Shown here: in pieces, positions 19,930 to 30,970 of the stretch | Layout of the letters: each line of letters begins with the position of its first letter | How positions within the stretch are numbered: position 1 is the first letter of the stretch | Source: a virus | Length of the DNA stretch: 64,000 nt | IMG/VR virus record: IMGVR_UViG_3300036780_000209 | Location: 1-64,000 of that record | Reading direction: 5' to 3' (one strand) | Program-made: the position numbers and the translations under genes | The notes under the pieces: model-generated | Told to the model about the DNA's origin: nothing | The model's database searches: none | What the model saw: only the letters and a program-made list of their open reading frames with translations

Positions 19930-21225
19930 TCAGCGGGCGGTAATGACGGGAGAGTTCGTCGTCCCGGTCGCCTGGACCACCTGGGCATACGAAGAGTTCG
20001 AGGTGCTGTCATCGGTGATGGCCGTAGTCGCGCCCTGGATCCACCCGGCGGCAATCGTAACGGCCGTGAGGGACGTGCTGTTGCCCTGGAGGATCATGCC
20101 GGTGGCGGGGCTGTTGGTGCCGGTGCCGTCGTCGTCCGTCCCGGGCCAGATGGAGATGGTCCCGGCGAGTACCGCGCCGGGGAAGGCGTTCACGTAGAGG
20201 CCGGCGTAGCCGCCGCCGCCGTGCTTGCCGTTGCGGCCGTCCCGGCGGAACGAGCACCCATCCACGATGAGGGGCACCCCGGTGTTGTTGCTGCTGGTGA
20301 TCATGCAGCCGTACTGCTCGTTCCGGTCGGTCGAGCAGCCGATGATCCGGCCCCCGCCTGACCCGGTTCCGGCGCTGGTGTTGGTGTAGGTGATCCCGTT
20401 GCCGCCATTGTGCTCGGCCCGGCAGCCGAGGAGGAGCCCGTTGGACAGGTTGGTCAGGGTCCAGCCGTCCCCGGCGCAGTTCTCGGTGTGGCACCAGCGG
20501 TAGTTGGCATCGCTGATCTTCGGGTGCATGAACCCGCTGCCCTGGGCATAGCGGATGGTGACGTGGTCGAACCAGGGGGCGTCCGGCCCCTGCCCGGTCG
20601 CGGCGCTGTTGACGTAGTTGACCCCGTTGCCGGTGACGTGGCTGACGCACATGTTGGTGACGTGCGGCCGGGAGATGTGGCCGTAGAACTGGATCCCGTC
20701 CACCGCCGGCTGGCTCACCTGGTGGGCGTCGATGTAGATCCCGGAGATCTTCTGCTCGACCGAGACGGTCTGCCAGCCGCCGTCCTGCTGGCCGAGGACG
20801 GAGATGATGCCGGACCAGGGGGCAGTGCCGTTCGACCAGCCGGGCACGGCCCTGATCACCGTGCCCCAGGCCCCGTCCAGGTACGTCGAGATCTCGTTGG
20901 CGGGGGACCCGATCAGGGCCGTGCCCGGCGGCGGCAGGATCGGCGCGCTCACCAGGTACGGCGCGGCGGCCAGGCGGACGGCCTGGCCGAGCGGCGCGGC
21001 GGCAGCCAGCGCGCCGTTGATCGCGCTGGTGTCGGCCAGGCCGCTCGGGTCGCCGGAAGGCGGGATGGTGGCGAAGACATCCTGCTGGGGGAGGCCGGAC
21101 TGCTGTGCCTGGAGCGAGGCGATCTGGCCCTGCATCAGGCTCAGAACGTCTGCGATGTTGTTGTGATCCTGCAGGTGGCCGGCCTGCCCGAGTGCTCGGG
21201 TGTCCGGCGGGATGATCGCGGGCAT
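19930..21225 (-). CDS. Right-handed beta-helix (pectate-lyase-like) protein, possible tailspike/depolymerase
   Basis: GDPSGLADTSAINGAL N-terminal motif and repeated NG-G/GC..N beta-helix turns; GGAGGAGG RBS. Confidence 0.8.
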   Translation of the reverse strand: MPAIIPPDTRALGQAGHLQDHNNIADVLSLMQGQIASLQAQQSGLPQQDVFATIPPSGDPSGLADTSAINGALAAAAPLGQAVRLAAAPYLVSAPILPPPGTALIGSPANEISTYLDGAWGTVIRAVPGWSNGTAPWSGIISVLGQQDGGWQTVSVEQKISGIYIDAHQVSQPAVDGIQFYGHISRPHVTNMCVSHVTGNGVNYVNSAATGQGPDAPWFDHVTIRYAQGSGFMHPKISDANYRWCHTENCAGDGWTLTNLSNGLLLGCRAEHNGGNGITYTNTSAGTGSGGGRIIGCSTDRNEQYGCMITSSNNTGVPLIVDGCSFRRDGRNGKHGGGGYAGLYVNAFPGAVLAGTISIWPGTDDDGTGTNSPATGMILQGNSTSLTAVTIAAGWIQGATTAITDDSTSNSSYAQVVQATGTTNSPVITAR

Positions 21226-21522
21226 GCATCCTCCTCCGCCACTTCCGGGCGGAGGAGGGCACGGTCACGGCGTCGGGGAGTCCCCGAGCACATCTTCGAA
21301 CGTGGTCTTCCCGAACAGGATGTCGGCGCAGGCGGTCCGGTACCCGGCGGCGAAGATCGCGAGCGGGTCCGCTGCCACCTCGGGATTGGCGGCCGTCCAC
21401 TGGCGGAAGGCATCTCGCAGGGAGGCGGGGATCTCCGGCTGGATCTTGGGCTGCTTCCCGGGCGGCGGCCCGCTGGTGCGCTTCGTCATGACAGCATTGT
21501 ACCAGATTACAAGGATCCTTAT

Positions 21523-22594
21523 CTAGTGCCTCATCCGGCGGCGGTGCAGCAGCTCGGGCGGCCCGATCCTGATCGGCGGCAGCCCCGGCCGGGGGCTCCT
21601 CTTCCGCCGGTCGGCATAGGAAGACCCGAAGCCGGGGATGAGTTCCGAGGCCCGGGTGATCGCGGCCCGGAGCACGTCCTCGCGCACCTCCAGGGTGACC
21701 TGGCACAGTGAGCACGGATCGTCGCCGTCATCGCAGCCGTCCTCGTGCTCTCCGTGCAGCAGCATCTCCTGGGCCGCCGCGACCAGCTCGGACAGGGCAA
21801 GCCGCGCATTGTCCAGGTCCAGGGCGAGCGCCATGATCCGGCGGCCACCCTGGCGGGTCATCTCCTCGGCTGCCGTCACCTTCCTGCGCGACTGGGCCAG
21901 CTCGACCTGCAGGCTGATTACCTGCTCGTCAGTTCCTCCCGCACCGGTCACTCATCCTCCCACCCGACGCTTCCCACGGTAAAGCGGCTGGCCCTCACCA
22001 GTCCTCCAGGCCGATATGCCGCAGAAGGCCTTCTGCGGCATCCAGGAAGCTCCTGCCGCCCTTGTCGATCCGCCCGAGGACAGACAGCAGGGGCCGCCAG
22101 CGGTCCCGCTCCGCGTCCTCCAGGGCCATCCGGGAGTTCTCCCTCTGGAGGGACGACACCTCGGCATCCAGGATCATCCTGTCGTCCTCGGCTGCCGCCC
22201 GGGCGGACTGGGTTACCCGGAGCTTCTTCTCGCTCTCGGCGAGCTGGCCGCGCAGCAGGACGGCCTCGGCGTCCCGGGAGCGGTACCCGGCCAGGTCCAC
22301 CCGCTGGCGCTCATGGTCCTGGGTCATTACCCCCAGGTCGCGCTTCGCCCGGTCCCGCTCGTTCTGCGCCGTGCCGAGCATCATCTGGAGCCTGCCGATG
22401 GTGCTGTCGCGGGCGCTCAGGATCTCCCGGTGCAAGCTCCTCAGCCGGGTCAGGTCGTCAGCCCGGTCCTCCAGCCGCTTCCGGGCACTCCGAAGCTCCT
22501 GCACCGTGGCCTCGAAGTTGCCGCTGAGGGTCAGCAGCTCGACGGTCTGGGCGTCGTAATCGGCGCGGAGGATCCTGTTCTCTTCCTCGGTCAT
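21523..22594 (-). CDS. Two coiled-coil hypothetical proteins (21995-22594, 21523-21951)
   Basis: Heptad patterns and RBSs. Confidence 0.6.
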
Positions 22595-22811
22595 GCGGCC
22601 CTCCTCGTGCGAGCCCGGGGCCTCGGGACGGCCAGGGCAACCCGGAGGCTGATCTCTTCCCGGGCCAGGGTGGCCTGGCAGTCACCCCCGGGCAGCCCGG
22701 GCTCATGGGCGCAGTCGCACCAGGTGCCCCCGGGGCATTCCCCGTGGCTGGTGCTGCGGCACGGACGGCAGATCATCTTTCCTCCTCGGAGCCGGGCGCT
22801 TGCAGGGGAGC

Positions 22812-24074
22812 CTACTCCGGGCGGATACCGCCGTAGCGGTCCTCCAGGTCGGCTGCCGCAGCGCCGGGAGTGTCCTGGCGCTTGCATGCCTCGTTGACGG
22901 CGGCCGGGCTCATGCCCCAGGTCACCGGCCCTTCCCAGGGCTCCCCGTACCAGTGCCCGATCAGGCGGCGGACCTGGTCCTCGCCGGCCAGCGCGAAGTT
23001 CTCCCGCAGGTCGGCCCGGCCCTCCCGGATGACGGCCTCGTCGAGCGCCTTGAGGCGGTTCGTGGTCAGCACGGTCAGCAGGCCGTGCGGGGTGGCGATG
23101 CCGTCAAGGCTGTTGAGGAGGCCGGACAGGGTGACCGTCCGGTCCTTCTTGCCTTCCTTGCGCTGGGTGGCCGCCTGGAAGACATCGGCGTCCTCCAGCA
23201 GCAGCATGGAGCGCGGGGACACGTAGGTGACGGTCCGGATGAGGTCGCTGTCCTTGTTCACGTCGGCCAGCGGCAGGTACCAGATGTCCATCCCGAAATG
23301 CCCCGCGACGGCCAGGGCGGTCGAGGACTTGCCGGTGCCGGGCTCTCCCTCGTACAAGTGGCCCCGGTGCCAGGGAATGCCCCGGTGGAGATAGGCCTCC
23401 TCGGAACCGAGGAAACGGCGGATGTCGGCGGTGATCCGGTCAAGCTGGCCCGGGGGCAGGATCACGCTCTCCAGGGGCCTCGCCGGCAGGTCGTCGAGCC
23501 GGCTCCAGTCGCCCCACTTGTCGAGGATCCGGAAGGTCGGCCGCTTCCGGACGCGAGTGGCCTGCTCCAGAATCCTGGCTATCTCGGCGAGCAGCGCGTC
23601 CCGTCCCGGCGGGGACGAGGCCGTGAAGACGATCTCGGGCGGGGTCCACCGCCCGTCGTGCGCGGCCTCGCTCTCGGCGACCTGAACCCGGATCCGGTAG
23701 CCCCCGACCCGGACGGCCTGCTCGCGGCTGCCGTCGTAGCGGAGCCTCAGCCGGTTCGCCTCGGTCATCACGTCCCCGGACATGATGACCTGGCGGGAGC
23801 GGGATGACCAGGCGACCAGGGCTCGCTGCTTCGCCGGGGGCAGCAGCGACAGCACCCACTCGTGCAGGTCATCGTAGACATCATCCTCGCTCGATACCCG
23901 GACCGTGAAGGTCCGCAGCGTCTTGACGTGGCCCTTCACCTTGGTGACGGCAGGCCAGGCCGCGTGCCCGGCGGCAATCGCCATGGCGAGGCGGGGAGCA
24001 CGGTCCCGGAGGGAGGCGATCAGGTCCGACGAGGTGCCGGGTGATTCCGTCCCGGGGAGGTGCAGGTCAGGCAA
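22812..24074 (-). CDS. AAA+ ATPase, BCS1-like
   Basis: RPLESVIL, GEPGTGKS, LLLEDAD, LSGLLNSLDG, TTN and REGRAD motifs. Confidence 0.9.
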   Translation of the reverse strand: MPDLHLPGTESPGTSSDLIASLRDRAPRLAMAIAAGHAAWPAVTKVKGHVKTLRTFTVRVSSEDDVYDDLHEWVLSLLPPAKQRALVAWSSRSRQVIMSGDVMTEANRLRLRYDGSREQAVRVGGYRIRVQVAESEAAHDGRWTPPEIVFTASSPPGRDALLAEIARILEQATRVRKRPTFRILDKWGDWSRLDDLPARPLESVILPPGQLDRITADIRRFLGSEEAYLHRGIPWHRGHLYEGEPGTGKSSTALAVAGHFGMDIWYLPLADVNKDSDLIRTVTYVSPRSMLLLEDADVFQAATQRKEGKKDRTVTLSGLLNSLDGIATPHGLLTVLTTNRLKALDEAVIREGRADLRENFALAGEDQVRRLIGHWYGEPWEGPVTWGMSPAAVNEACKRQDTPGAAAADLEDRYGGIRPE

Positions 24075-24420
24075 GTTTTCTCCCGTTCATGTTCATGATG
24101 TGCAGGAGCACGTTCAGCTCGTTCGGCAGCAGCATGTTCCCGGCCTGGCGGCCGGCCAGCAGCGCCCAGATCATGTCCAGGGCTCGTGAATCGCTGACAT
24201 TACCAGGTTCCTTGTCTTCGCCGTCAGTCATTATGACTTGCCGGGCACGTCAGGAAGGTCCCGGAGTAGGAGACCTGGACCACGATCTTCCACGACTGGC
24301 CGCAGGTGCAGCTCAGGTGCTGCCAGTCCTCGTCGGACCGGCCGAGGCTGACGCTGTGCGCAGGCGGCGGGGGAGGCGGCCGGAGAAGACGGCGGTAGCG
24401 TCCGGCTGCCGGGAGCATGA

Positions 24421-26416
24421 TCACCCGATCCTCACCCCGCAGCAGCAGCGGACCTCGCCGTCCGTCACCCCGGAGCTGGTGCAGTCCTGGTGCGACCCGG
24501 TGCCCTGGCTGGCGTTCTTGCAGGGCGTGCACTGCGTCATGAAGAGATCTCCTTGCCTTCGCTCGTTCCTGCTCGCTTCGAGCAGGCAGTCCTGCGGGTG
24601 CAGGTGGCAGCATGTCGTGCCGGTCCTGGCCAGGCCCAGGATCGCCCGGATGGTGAATTCCTGGACCGCCGCCGGGCCGCTCAGGCTGCGGAGCTGCTCC
24701 AGCTCGCCCGGGGTCAGGACCACGGACAGCCTGTAGCCGCCGAAGGCGGCGGCTTTCTGGACAGCTCGCTGCCCGGGATCCAGGGCATCCTGCCCGACCC
24801 ATGGCTCGAATCTCGCGTGCCCCACGTGCCAGTGCCTGCGATCGGTGAGGTTGTTCTCGTCATCGAACCAGCACGGGTAGATCTGCGCCCGGTTGGTGCT
24901 GAGCTTGTACCGGTTGGCGATGCGCCTCTTGTGCAGCCACGCCCCGGCCCAGGCATGGTGGGCGATCTTCGGCTTCCCGTGGCGGCCCATGTGCATCGAC
25001 CGGAACTCGCGGGTCGGATTCGTGCTGGTCACCGGCCCCTCGGCTTCGGGAGCACCGGGGCGCGGATCGAGTCCGGCACCTTCGACCAGTCGAGGCGGAG
25101 CGTCACGATATCCCAGGCGCGATCTTCCGACTTCTCGCGGCTGATCTCCCAGGCCTCGTCGGGCATCTCTTCGAGAATCCACTGGAGCGCGGTGCCCAGG
25201 TTTACCCGGACCGATGCGAGCTGGGTCAGCCCGGTCTCGCCCTTAGCCAGCTTGCGGTAGATGGTGACGCGGGCGCTTACTGCCTCAGGCATGCCTCTCC
25301 TCGGGCTCAGGATCGTAGCCGAGGACCTCGGCCAGGGTCATCTCCGACGGGTCGTAGTCCGGGTCGCCGTCCCGGAAGCGCCAGTACCTCAGCCCGGCGC
25401 GGTAGGCCGGCTGGGGAGGCTGCTCCAGCCAGGCGGCCAGCTCGCGCCTGACCGTGAAGGCCCCGGTGGTGCAGCCGCTGGCGGTTATCACGTAGACGTA
25501 CTCGCTGCGGGCCATTACTCGTAGTCCACGGGGTAGCCCTGGCGCTGGAGCCGCGCGACGGGATCCGGCACCCGGACGACATCGGCGGTCACGGAGACCT
25601 CGATCAGGAAAACCCCCTCGCTGCAGGTGAAGACCGAGGGACGGTCATCATCCTCGCCGAAGAAGCGGCTGCTGCCGGAAGCGGACAGCACCTTGCGCGC
25701 CTGGCCGGCAGTGGCCCCGGCCCGCAGGCCGAGCTGCAGGGACGTGATGTCGAACTCGGCGGTGCCGTTGACGCGGACGTGAAACGTGGTCACTGCAGGT
25801 CCTTCCGGGGGTCTTCCGGGCCGTCCTCATGGCCGCAGCCGTCGCAGCGATCGTCGTCGGCGGCGATATGGCCGAGCCCCCGGCCGGCGCGCTGGCACTC
25901 CGGGCAGGGACGGCACAGCGGAAGGCCCATCTGCGCGAACTCGGGGTCGCGGCAGATGTAGCAGCTCTCGCGGTAGAGGCCCCGGACGGGAGTGGTGGTG
26001 AAGTCGTCCAGCAGGAGCGCGAAGGCCAGGTCCCCGGGCCTGGTGACCGTGTGGTTCACGCGCACGATCCGGCCATGCTCCGGGCAGAGGGTAAACGCGC
26101 CCGGCATGATGTTGCGCGGCTCCTCGGCGATGTGGCCGCCGGAGCAGTCGAGGAATACCTGGATCATGGGAAAATAGTATCAGTTACAAGGTTCCTTGTC
26201 ATCCGGGGGAGCTACCTCGGTAAAGCCGCCGAGGCGCTCCATGATCCGGATGAAATTATTCAGGTGGCCGTGGGAATCGTAGTAGCCACGGCACAGCGCC
26301 GCGCCGAATTCCGGGTGCTTCCCGTAGCTGAGGGTGCCGTGGCAGATGATGCCCTGGGACCCCTCCTGGCCGGCTGCCCGGACCATCGTGCGCAGCCGGC
26401 CAGGGCTGAGGTGCAT
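24421..26416 (-). CDS. Run of small coupled hypothetical genes (including 25029-25292, 25285-25515, 25515-25793, 25790-26167, 26180-26416)
   Basis: Overlapping stop/start codons; several CxxC motifs. Confidence 0.5.
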
Positions 26417-26506
26417 CGGGTTGCCCGGCCGGAAGATGCAGGTGGCGCACTGCGCCGACAGGAGCCGGGGGGCCTGGTCACCAGGTCGAAGCAGCTCTCG
26501 GCATCG

Positions 26507-26605
26507 CTAGGCATACTTGCAGCCTGAGTGATCGCCGCCGCAGATAAGGCACCCTCCGCACTTGCTGCACGGGTGAAGGCTGCACGTGTGCGGCATGTCG
26601 CTCAT
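26507..26605 (-). CDS. Cys-rich microprotein, family B
   Basis: MSDMPHTCSLHPCSKCGGCLICGGDHSGCKYA, packed between neighbouring genes. Confidence 0.6.
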   Translation of the reverse strand: MSDMPHTCSLHPCSKCGGCLICGGDHSGCKYA

Positions 26606-26607
26606 GG

Positions 26608-26922
26608 TCACCGGCCGAGCACCAGGTGCACCAGGCCGAGCCCCTGCACCTCCTCGTCGTCGATCACGATGTCCGGGATGTAGCCGAGCGCTCCCTTGGC
26701 GGCATAGGCATCGAAGAACGTGCTGAGCCGGAACGTGCGTACGATCCGCTCGGCGTAGTCCGCGCCTCCCCCCGACCAGGCGACCAGCCGGAGGCGGGGG
26801 AACATGGCCCGGAGCAGGACGACGAGCAGGCGGACGCGCTCGTTCGCGGCGTCCTCCTGGCCGTCTGACGGGCGCAGGAGGGTGCCGTCAATGTCGAACG
26901 CGACCGTGATCGCGGTGGTCAC
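26608..26922 (-). CDS. Small HAD-superfamily protein
   Basis: AFDIDGTL, WSGGG, K and IVIDD motifs. Confidence 0.8.
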   Translation of the reverse strand: MTTAITVAFDIDGTLLRPSDGQEDAANERVRLLVVLLRAMFPRLRLVAWSGGGADYAERIVRTFRLSTFFDAYAAKGALGYIPDIVIDDEEVQGLGLVHLVLGR

Positions 26923-28469
26923 GGGATCACCACGGGGATGATCTTCTTGCCCGGCCCGATCCGCTCGGCCAGCTCGTGCAGCGGGTTCACGTCGTGACGG
27001 CGCTCGGACTCGGCGAGCGGCTCGACTTCCCGCGTCTCGCCGAAGACCGCCACCTGCTGGGCTAGCCAGCGGTCAACGGCCTCGCTGCCGGTTCCGCCGG
27101 GGTAGGTGACTGCGGCCAGGTCCTTGTGCTGCCAGCGCAGGGACGGCTCGCACTGGGCACTGGCCCGGGGAAGCTGGTGGGTCATCAGGTCCTCGCCGGT
27201 CATCCAGCCCAGGATGTCGTAGACGCCGCCGATGCGACGGGGCGACACCAGGCAGCCGGTGGTGATCGAGAAGATGTCGCCGATATGGAAGGACTTCGAG
27301 GTCATTCGCGGTTCTCCTGGCGGCTGAGGTAGTCAGCCATGATTCGCCGGCCGGCCTCGAAGGCTTCCTCCGGCGTCGGGTGACTTGTTCCGAATACAGG
27401 ATGGCAGACGCCGAACAGCGCCATGATGCGGTCGGCGTCCTCCCGGCCGAGGTAGCCGGTGACGTAGCCGACGTTCTCGCCGGCATGCGGGTTCACGGCC
27501 CGGTAGGCGCGCAGGAACTCCTGCGCCTCGGGGCCGGACCTCACGGCCGCGACCGCGTCGATGAGGTCCCCGGTGGTGGCCAGCTCGCGGCCCTGCCAGA
27601 TCATCTGCATGCCTCCGAGTAGGCCAGGAAGCTGGCGCTGGCCGCCCGCAGGCCGGCCGCCGCCCGGGTGAGGTTATGGACCTCCGTGGGGATCAGGCAG
27701 CCCGCCTCGGTGCCTCCCTCGTCCTGGGGGAGCACCGAGGCCTGGGCCAGGAGCGAGGCGGCCTGGCGGGTCAGCGCCCGGGCCGAGTCGATCAGGGCGT
27801 TCCTCAGCTCGTCGCGATCACGCATCGTCTGCCCTGGTCAGGTCCGTGGCAGCGTCGCGCCCGGCCGCGATCTCGTCGCAGCGCCGGGCCTGGGCCTCCA
27901 GGGCCTCAGCCTGCTGCTGGCGCTCCATGTTGTAGCCATAGACACGCTGCTGCGCGGCCCCGGCCCGGTAGACCGAGGCCATGTCACGCCAGTCCTGGGA
28001 TGTCATCTGCTGTTCCTTCCTCCAGGGCGGGGACCTGGACTGCGGTGGTCACGGTGACCGGCTCGGGCGGGATGGCGGCGATCTGCACGAGCAGCCTCAT
28101 GAGCTGCTCCAGGGAGACCCAGCCATGCACGTCATGAGTCAGCGGGGTGGGGAAGTGCGGGATGGCCGGGATGAAGAAGCCCTCCGCCTCCTCGTCCCAG
28201 GCCCGCTTGTCCGTGATGATCTTCCAGTGGTCCGGGCCGGGGCCGTGGAACCTGATCACCGCCAGCTCGTAGAGGCCCTCGCCCGGGGGCGGGAGGCTCT
28301 CGCGGGTGGCGTAGGCACCGGCACCGCGTATCACCGACGCCCCGTATCCCGAGGCGAACCGGTAGACCCACTGGTGGCGGGGCTCTCCAGGGCGGCTGGT
28401 GTCCCAGGCACCGACGGGACTCAGCTCCGCCGGCAGCGGGGGGAGCACGCTCTCGGGAAGGATCGTCAT
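26919..28469 (-). CDS. Five coupled hypothetical genes (27984-28469, 27818-28006, 27601-27825, 27302-27610, 26919-27305)
   Basis: Operon-like overlaps downstream of a TAAGGT-6nt-ATG leaderless promoter. Confidence 0.6.
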
Positions 28470-28537
28470 GAGTCCACCTTACCCGTTAACCAGGTTCCTT
28501 GTAAATGATAAGGTGGAAGACGGAAAGGAGAAGATGA

Positions 28538-28660
28538 ATGACCGAGGACGAGACGGACTGCCCGGGGAAAGGCTGCTCCTGCGCCTGCAGCGGCTGCCGC
28601 TACTATTCGCACTGCGGGACCTGCATGGGCGGGTGCCACAGGTGGTGCGGAAAGCGATGA
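28538..28660 (+). CDS. Cys/His-rich microprotein, family A, array gene 1
   Basis: AAGGAG RBS; MTEDETDCPGKGCSCACSGCRYYSHCGTCMGGCHRWCGKR. Confidence 0.85.
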   Translation: MTEDETDCPGKGCSCACSGCRYYSHCGTCMGGCHRWCGKR

Positions 28661-28803
28661 GGAGGAAGGAAGTGACCGGGACGGAAAGCGAAGACGGCTG
28701 CTCAGGCTGCACGTGCGCCTGTGACGGCTGCACGTATACCATTTTCAGCCATTGCTATGTCCATTCTGCCGGGTGCCACCGGGGATGCAGGGGAGCGTCA
28801 TGA
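28657..28803 (+). CDS. Cys/His-rich microprotein, family A, array gene 2
   Basis: ATGA overlap; MRRKEVTGTESEDGCSGCTCACDGCTYTIFSHCYVHSAGCHRGCRGAS. Confidence 0.85.
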   Translation: MRRKEVTGTESEDGCSGCTCACDGCTYTIFSHCYVHSAGCHRGCRGAS

Positions 28804-28934
28804 TGAGGGAGACCGAGGGCGGTACCGCCTGCCCGTTCACGAGCTGCGGATGCTCGTGCAGCGGGTGCAGCGCGAATCCGAAGGACCACTGCGTTAATCA
28901 CTCCAGCGGGTGCCATCTCCTCTGCGGGATGTGA
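28800..28934 (+). CDS. Cys/His-rich microprotein, family A, array gene 3
   Basis: ATGA overlap; MMRETEGGTACPFTSCGCSCSGCSANPKDHCVNHSSGCHLLCGM. Confidence 0.85.
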   Translation: MMRETEGGTACPFTSCGCSCSGCSANPKDHCVNHSSGCHLLCGM

Positions 28935-29068
28935 GGGGGGTGGAGGGATGCGGAAGCGCCGGCGGCTGCGACTGCTGGTGCGGCAAATGCACGAAGCCCG
29001 TGGGATTCGGGACCTGGGTGCACTGCCGGGATCACTCGGCCGGGTGCCATGCGAGCTGCTGCGGGTGA
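28931..29068 (+). CDS. Cys/His-rich microprotein, family A, array gene 4
   Basis: GTGA overlap; MRGVEGCGSAGGCDCWCGKCTKPVGFGTWVHCRDHSAGCHASCCG. Confidence 0.85.
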   Translation: MRGVEGCGSAGGCDCWCGKCTKPVGFGTWVHCRDHSAGCHASCCG

Positions 29069-29604
29069 CCAGGCTGCCGAGGTGCCCGGACGCCGGGTCG
29101 TGCTCATGCGGGTGCGATTCCTGGTCCGGGCACCGCTGCGGCCGGGGGGACCACTGCTGCCGTCACTGGCACGGCTGCCACCGGGGATGCAGTGGCTCCG
29201 CTGCCAGGGCGAACAGGGGGTCCCGGGGCTCAGTTCCCGTAGCTGGCGAGGTAGGCATCGCTGGCATAGGAGGTGACGGTGCCGGTCCACTGGCGGGTCC
29301 AGCCCCAGTCGTCCTCGACGTACATGGCGGCCTCGGCCTCGTCCAGCTCGATCTCCTCGCCCGTGTGCATCGCCAGCATCCGGATGACGCGGTCGTAGTC
29401 GCCGGACCGGTCCTGGGGCGTGACCAGGGCGATGTGCAGCTCCGGGATCCTGCCCCGGCGGAGCGACTCGGCCTTGCGCTCCAGGGCCTCCAGGGCCTGG
29501 GCCTTCCAGCCCTCCAGGGCTGCCTCGAACACCTTGCGGTGCCGCGCCCGGTTCTTCTCCAGGATGGCGATCAGCTCGGCGGTCTTCACGCTTACGGTAA
29601 ATGA
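29065..29604 (+). CDS. Cys/His-rich microprotein, family A, array gene 5 (motif ends at about 29190; no nearby stop, frame runs antisense through the next gene)
   Basis: GTGA overlap; MTRLPRCPDAGSCSCGCDSWSGHRCGRGDHCCRHWHGCHRGCSG... Confidence 0.6.
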   Translation: MTRLPRCPDAGSCSCGCDSWSGHRCGRGDHCCRHWHGCHRGCSGSAARANRGSRGSVPVAGEVGIAGIGGDGAGPLAGPAPVVLDVHGGLGLVQLDLLARVHRQHPDDAVVVAGPVLGRDQGDVQLRDPAPAERLGLALQGLQGLGLPALQGCLEHLAVPRPVLLQDGDQLGGLHAYGK

Positions 29605-29607
29605 CAT
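29230..29607 (-). CDS. Hypothetical protein
   Basis: Strong GC3 bias; TAAGGT-7nt-ATG leaderless start inside a palindrome copy. Confidence 0.7.
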   Translation of the reverse strand: MSFTVSVKTAELIAILEKNRARHRKVFEAALEGWKAQALEALERKAESLRRGRIPELHIALVTPQDRSGDYDRVIRMLAMHTGEEIELDEAEAAMYVEDDWGWTRQWTGTVTSYASDAYLASYGN

Positions 29608-30462
29608 GCAAGGAACCTTATCAGCCTCGCGGCGGGCTCGCTGGTGCCTCACCTCGCGCCAGGGACGGTGGCCGGTCACGGCAGCGGCCGGATGGCAGCC
29701 TTAGCGGCACCGGACAGCAGGATGCCGGCCGCGTCACGCCACGGGGGCTGCTCAGGCGGCCGGACCAGGGACCAGGCCCGGATGAGCTTCCCGAAGACGC
29801 CGGCCTGGTGCAGCCAGTACTCGTGGTCCTCGAACCCCTCCGGCCAGTCCAGGGTCTTGGAGGTGCGGTAGAGGAAGCGCCCCCGGGTGAAGCACGAGCG
29901 GTCCACCGGGTAGTACCGGTCGCGGAGCGGGCCGTCGAGAAAGACGGCGAAGGGCGGCTGGCTCACGGGCGCTCGTTCCAGGCGTGGCCGATGTAGAAGC
30001 CGGCCCGGTAAGCCTGGCCGCAGCGAGGGCACCAGACCGGCTCCTCCGGCCCGGGGGCGTCAGGCAGGCGGCGGTACCACTGAGCGGAATCGCCCTCCGG
30101 GTGAAAAGGCGGGCGCGGCATCGGGGTGAGCGAGTTCACGGGGGAGCGCGTCTCCTTCGGAGGTAAGCCGGCGCAGCGGGTCATGCCAGGGGCTGGCGGC
30201 GCAGCGCCATCCGCAGCCCAGCCGGGCGGCGACGGCACCGCACCAGCAGGACGAGAAGGTCAGGGCAGAGGCGAGGTCGCGCACCGTCCCCAGGGTAGCG
30301 ACGGCACGGCAGGATGTCACGGTTTTCCCTGGTCGCGGTGCCAGGTGATTCCGTCATGGGACCAGGCGAGGGGGGACGGGCGGGGACGGCGGCGCGGCCG
30401 GGAGGCGAGGACGGCAAGGAGGACGAGGAGGGCAGCCAGGGCATAGCAGGCGATGGCGGCGG

Positions 30463-30939
30463 TCATGCCGGCTCCCTGGCGCAGGCGGCGGCCGGGCCGT
30501 CGCAGTGGCGGCACCGCAGGTCCGGGAGCGGCCGGTGCGGGCACGAGGCGAGGAAATTGCGGAACTGGGGCTCGAACAGCGGGGATGGCAGCGTGTCCAT
30601 GGTGCACCAGCGCAATTCCGTGGCCTCCTCGGTGATGACCGGCTCGCCGGAGACGCTCATGATGTCCAGCCAGATGGTGAGCCAGTGCTCGCCGCAGTGG
30701 CACGGGTCGTTCGTGATGCCGCGCCAGCGGGGGGCGGAGGAGGCAGTGAGGCGGGTTTCCTCGTGCAGCTCGCGGGCGGCGGTGTCCTCCCAGTGCTCGC
30801 CGGGCTCCATCCGGCCGCCGGGGAGACCCCAGGTACCCGGGCCGCAGCCCGTGAGGCCACGGCGGATCATCAGGAACTTCCCGTCGCGCCAGGCGAAGAC
30901 GGCGGTGCCGGTGCGGGGCGGGCTGAGGTAATCTGTCAT
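30463..30939 (-). CDS. Nudix hydrolase
   Basis: GGRMEPGEHWEDTAARELHEET Nudix box. Confidence 0.9.
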   Translation of the reverse strand: MTDYLSPPRTGTAVFAWRDGKFLMIRRGLTGCGPGTWGLPGGRMEPGEHWEDTAARELHEETRLTASSAPRWRGITNDPCHCGEHWLTIWLDIMSVSGEPVITEEATELRWCTMDTLPSPLFEPQFRNFLASCPHRPLPDLRCRHCDGPAAACAREPA

Positions 30940-30970
30940 GTCACCATCCTAATGCAGGTTTCCTTGTATG

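Noticed and set aside
28538-29200. Cys-rich peptides as RiPP (ranthipeptide/lanthipeptide) precursors
   Set aside because: No radical SAM, LanM/LanB, YcaO or transporter gene in the window and no shared leader. The conserved His pattern favours metal binding. Not excluded if enzymes lie elsewhere.
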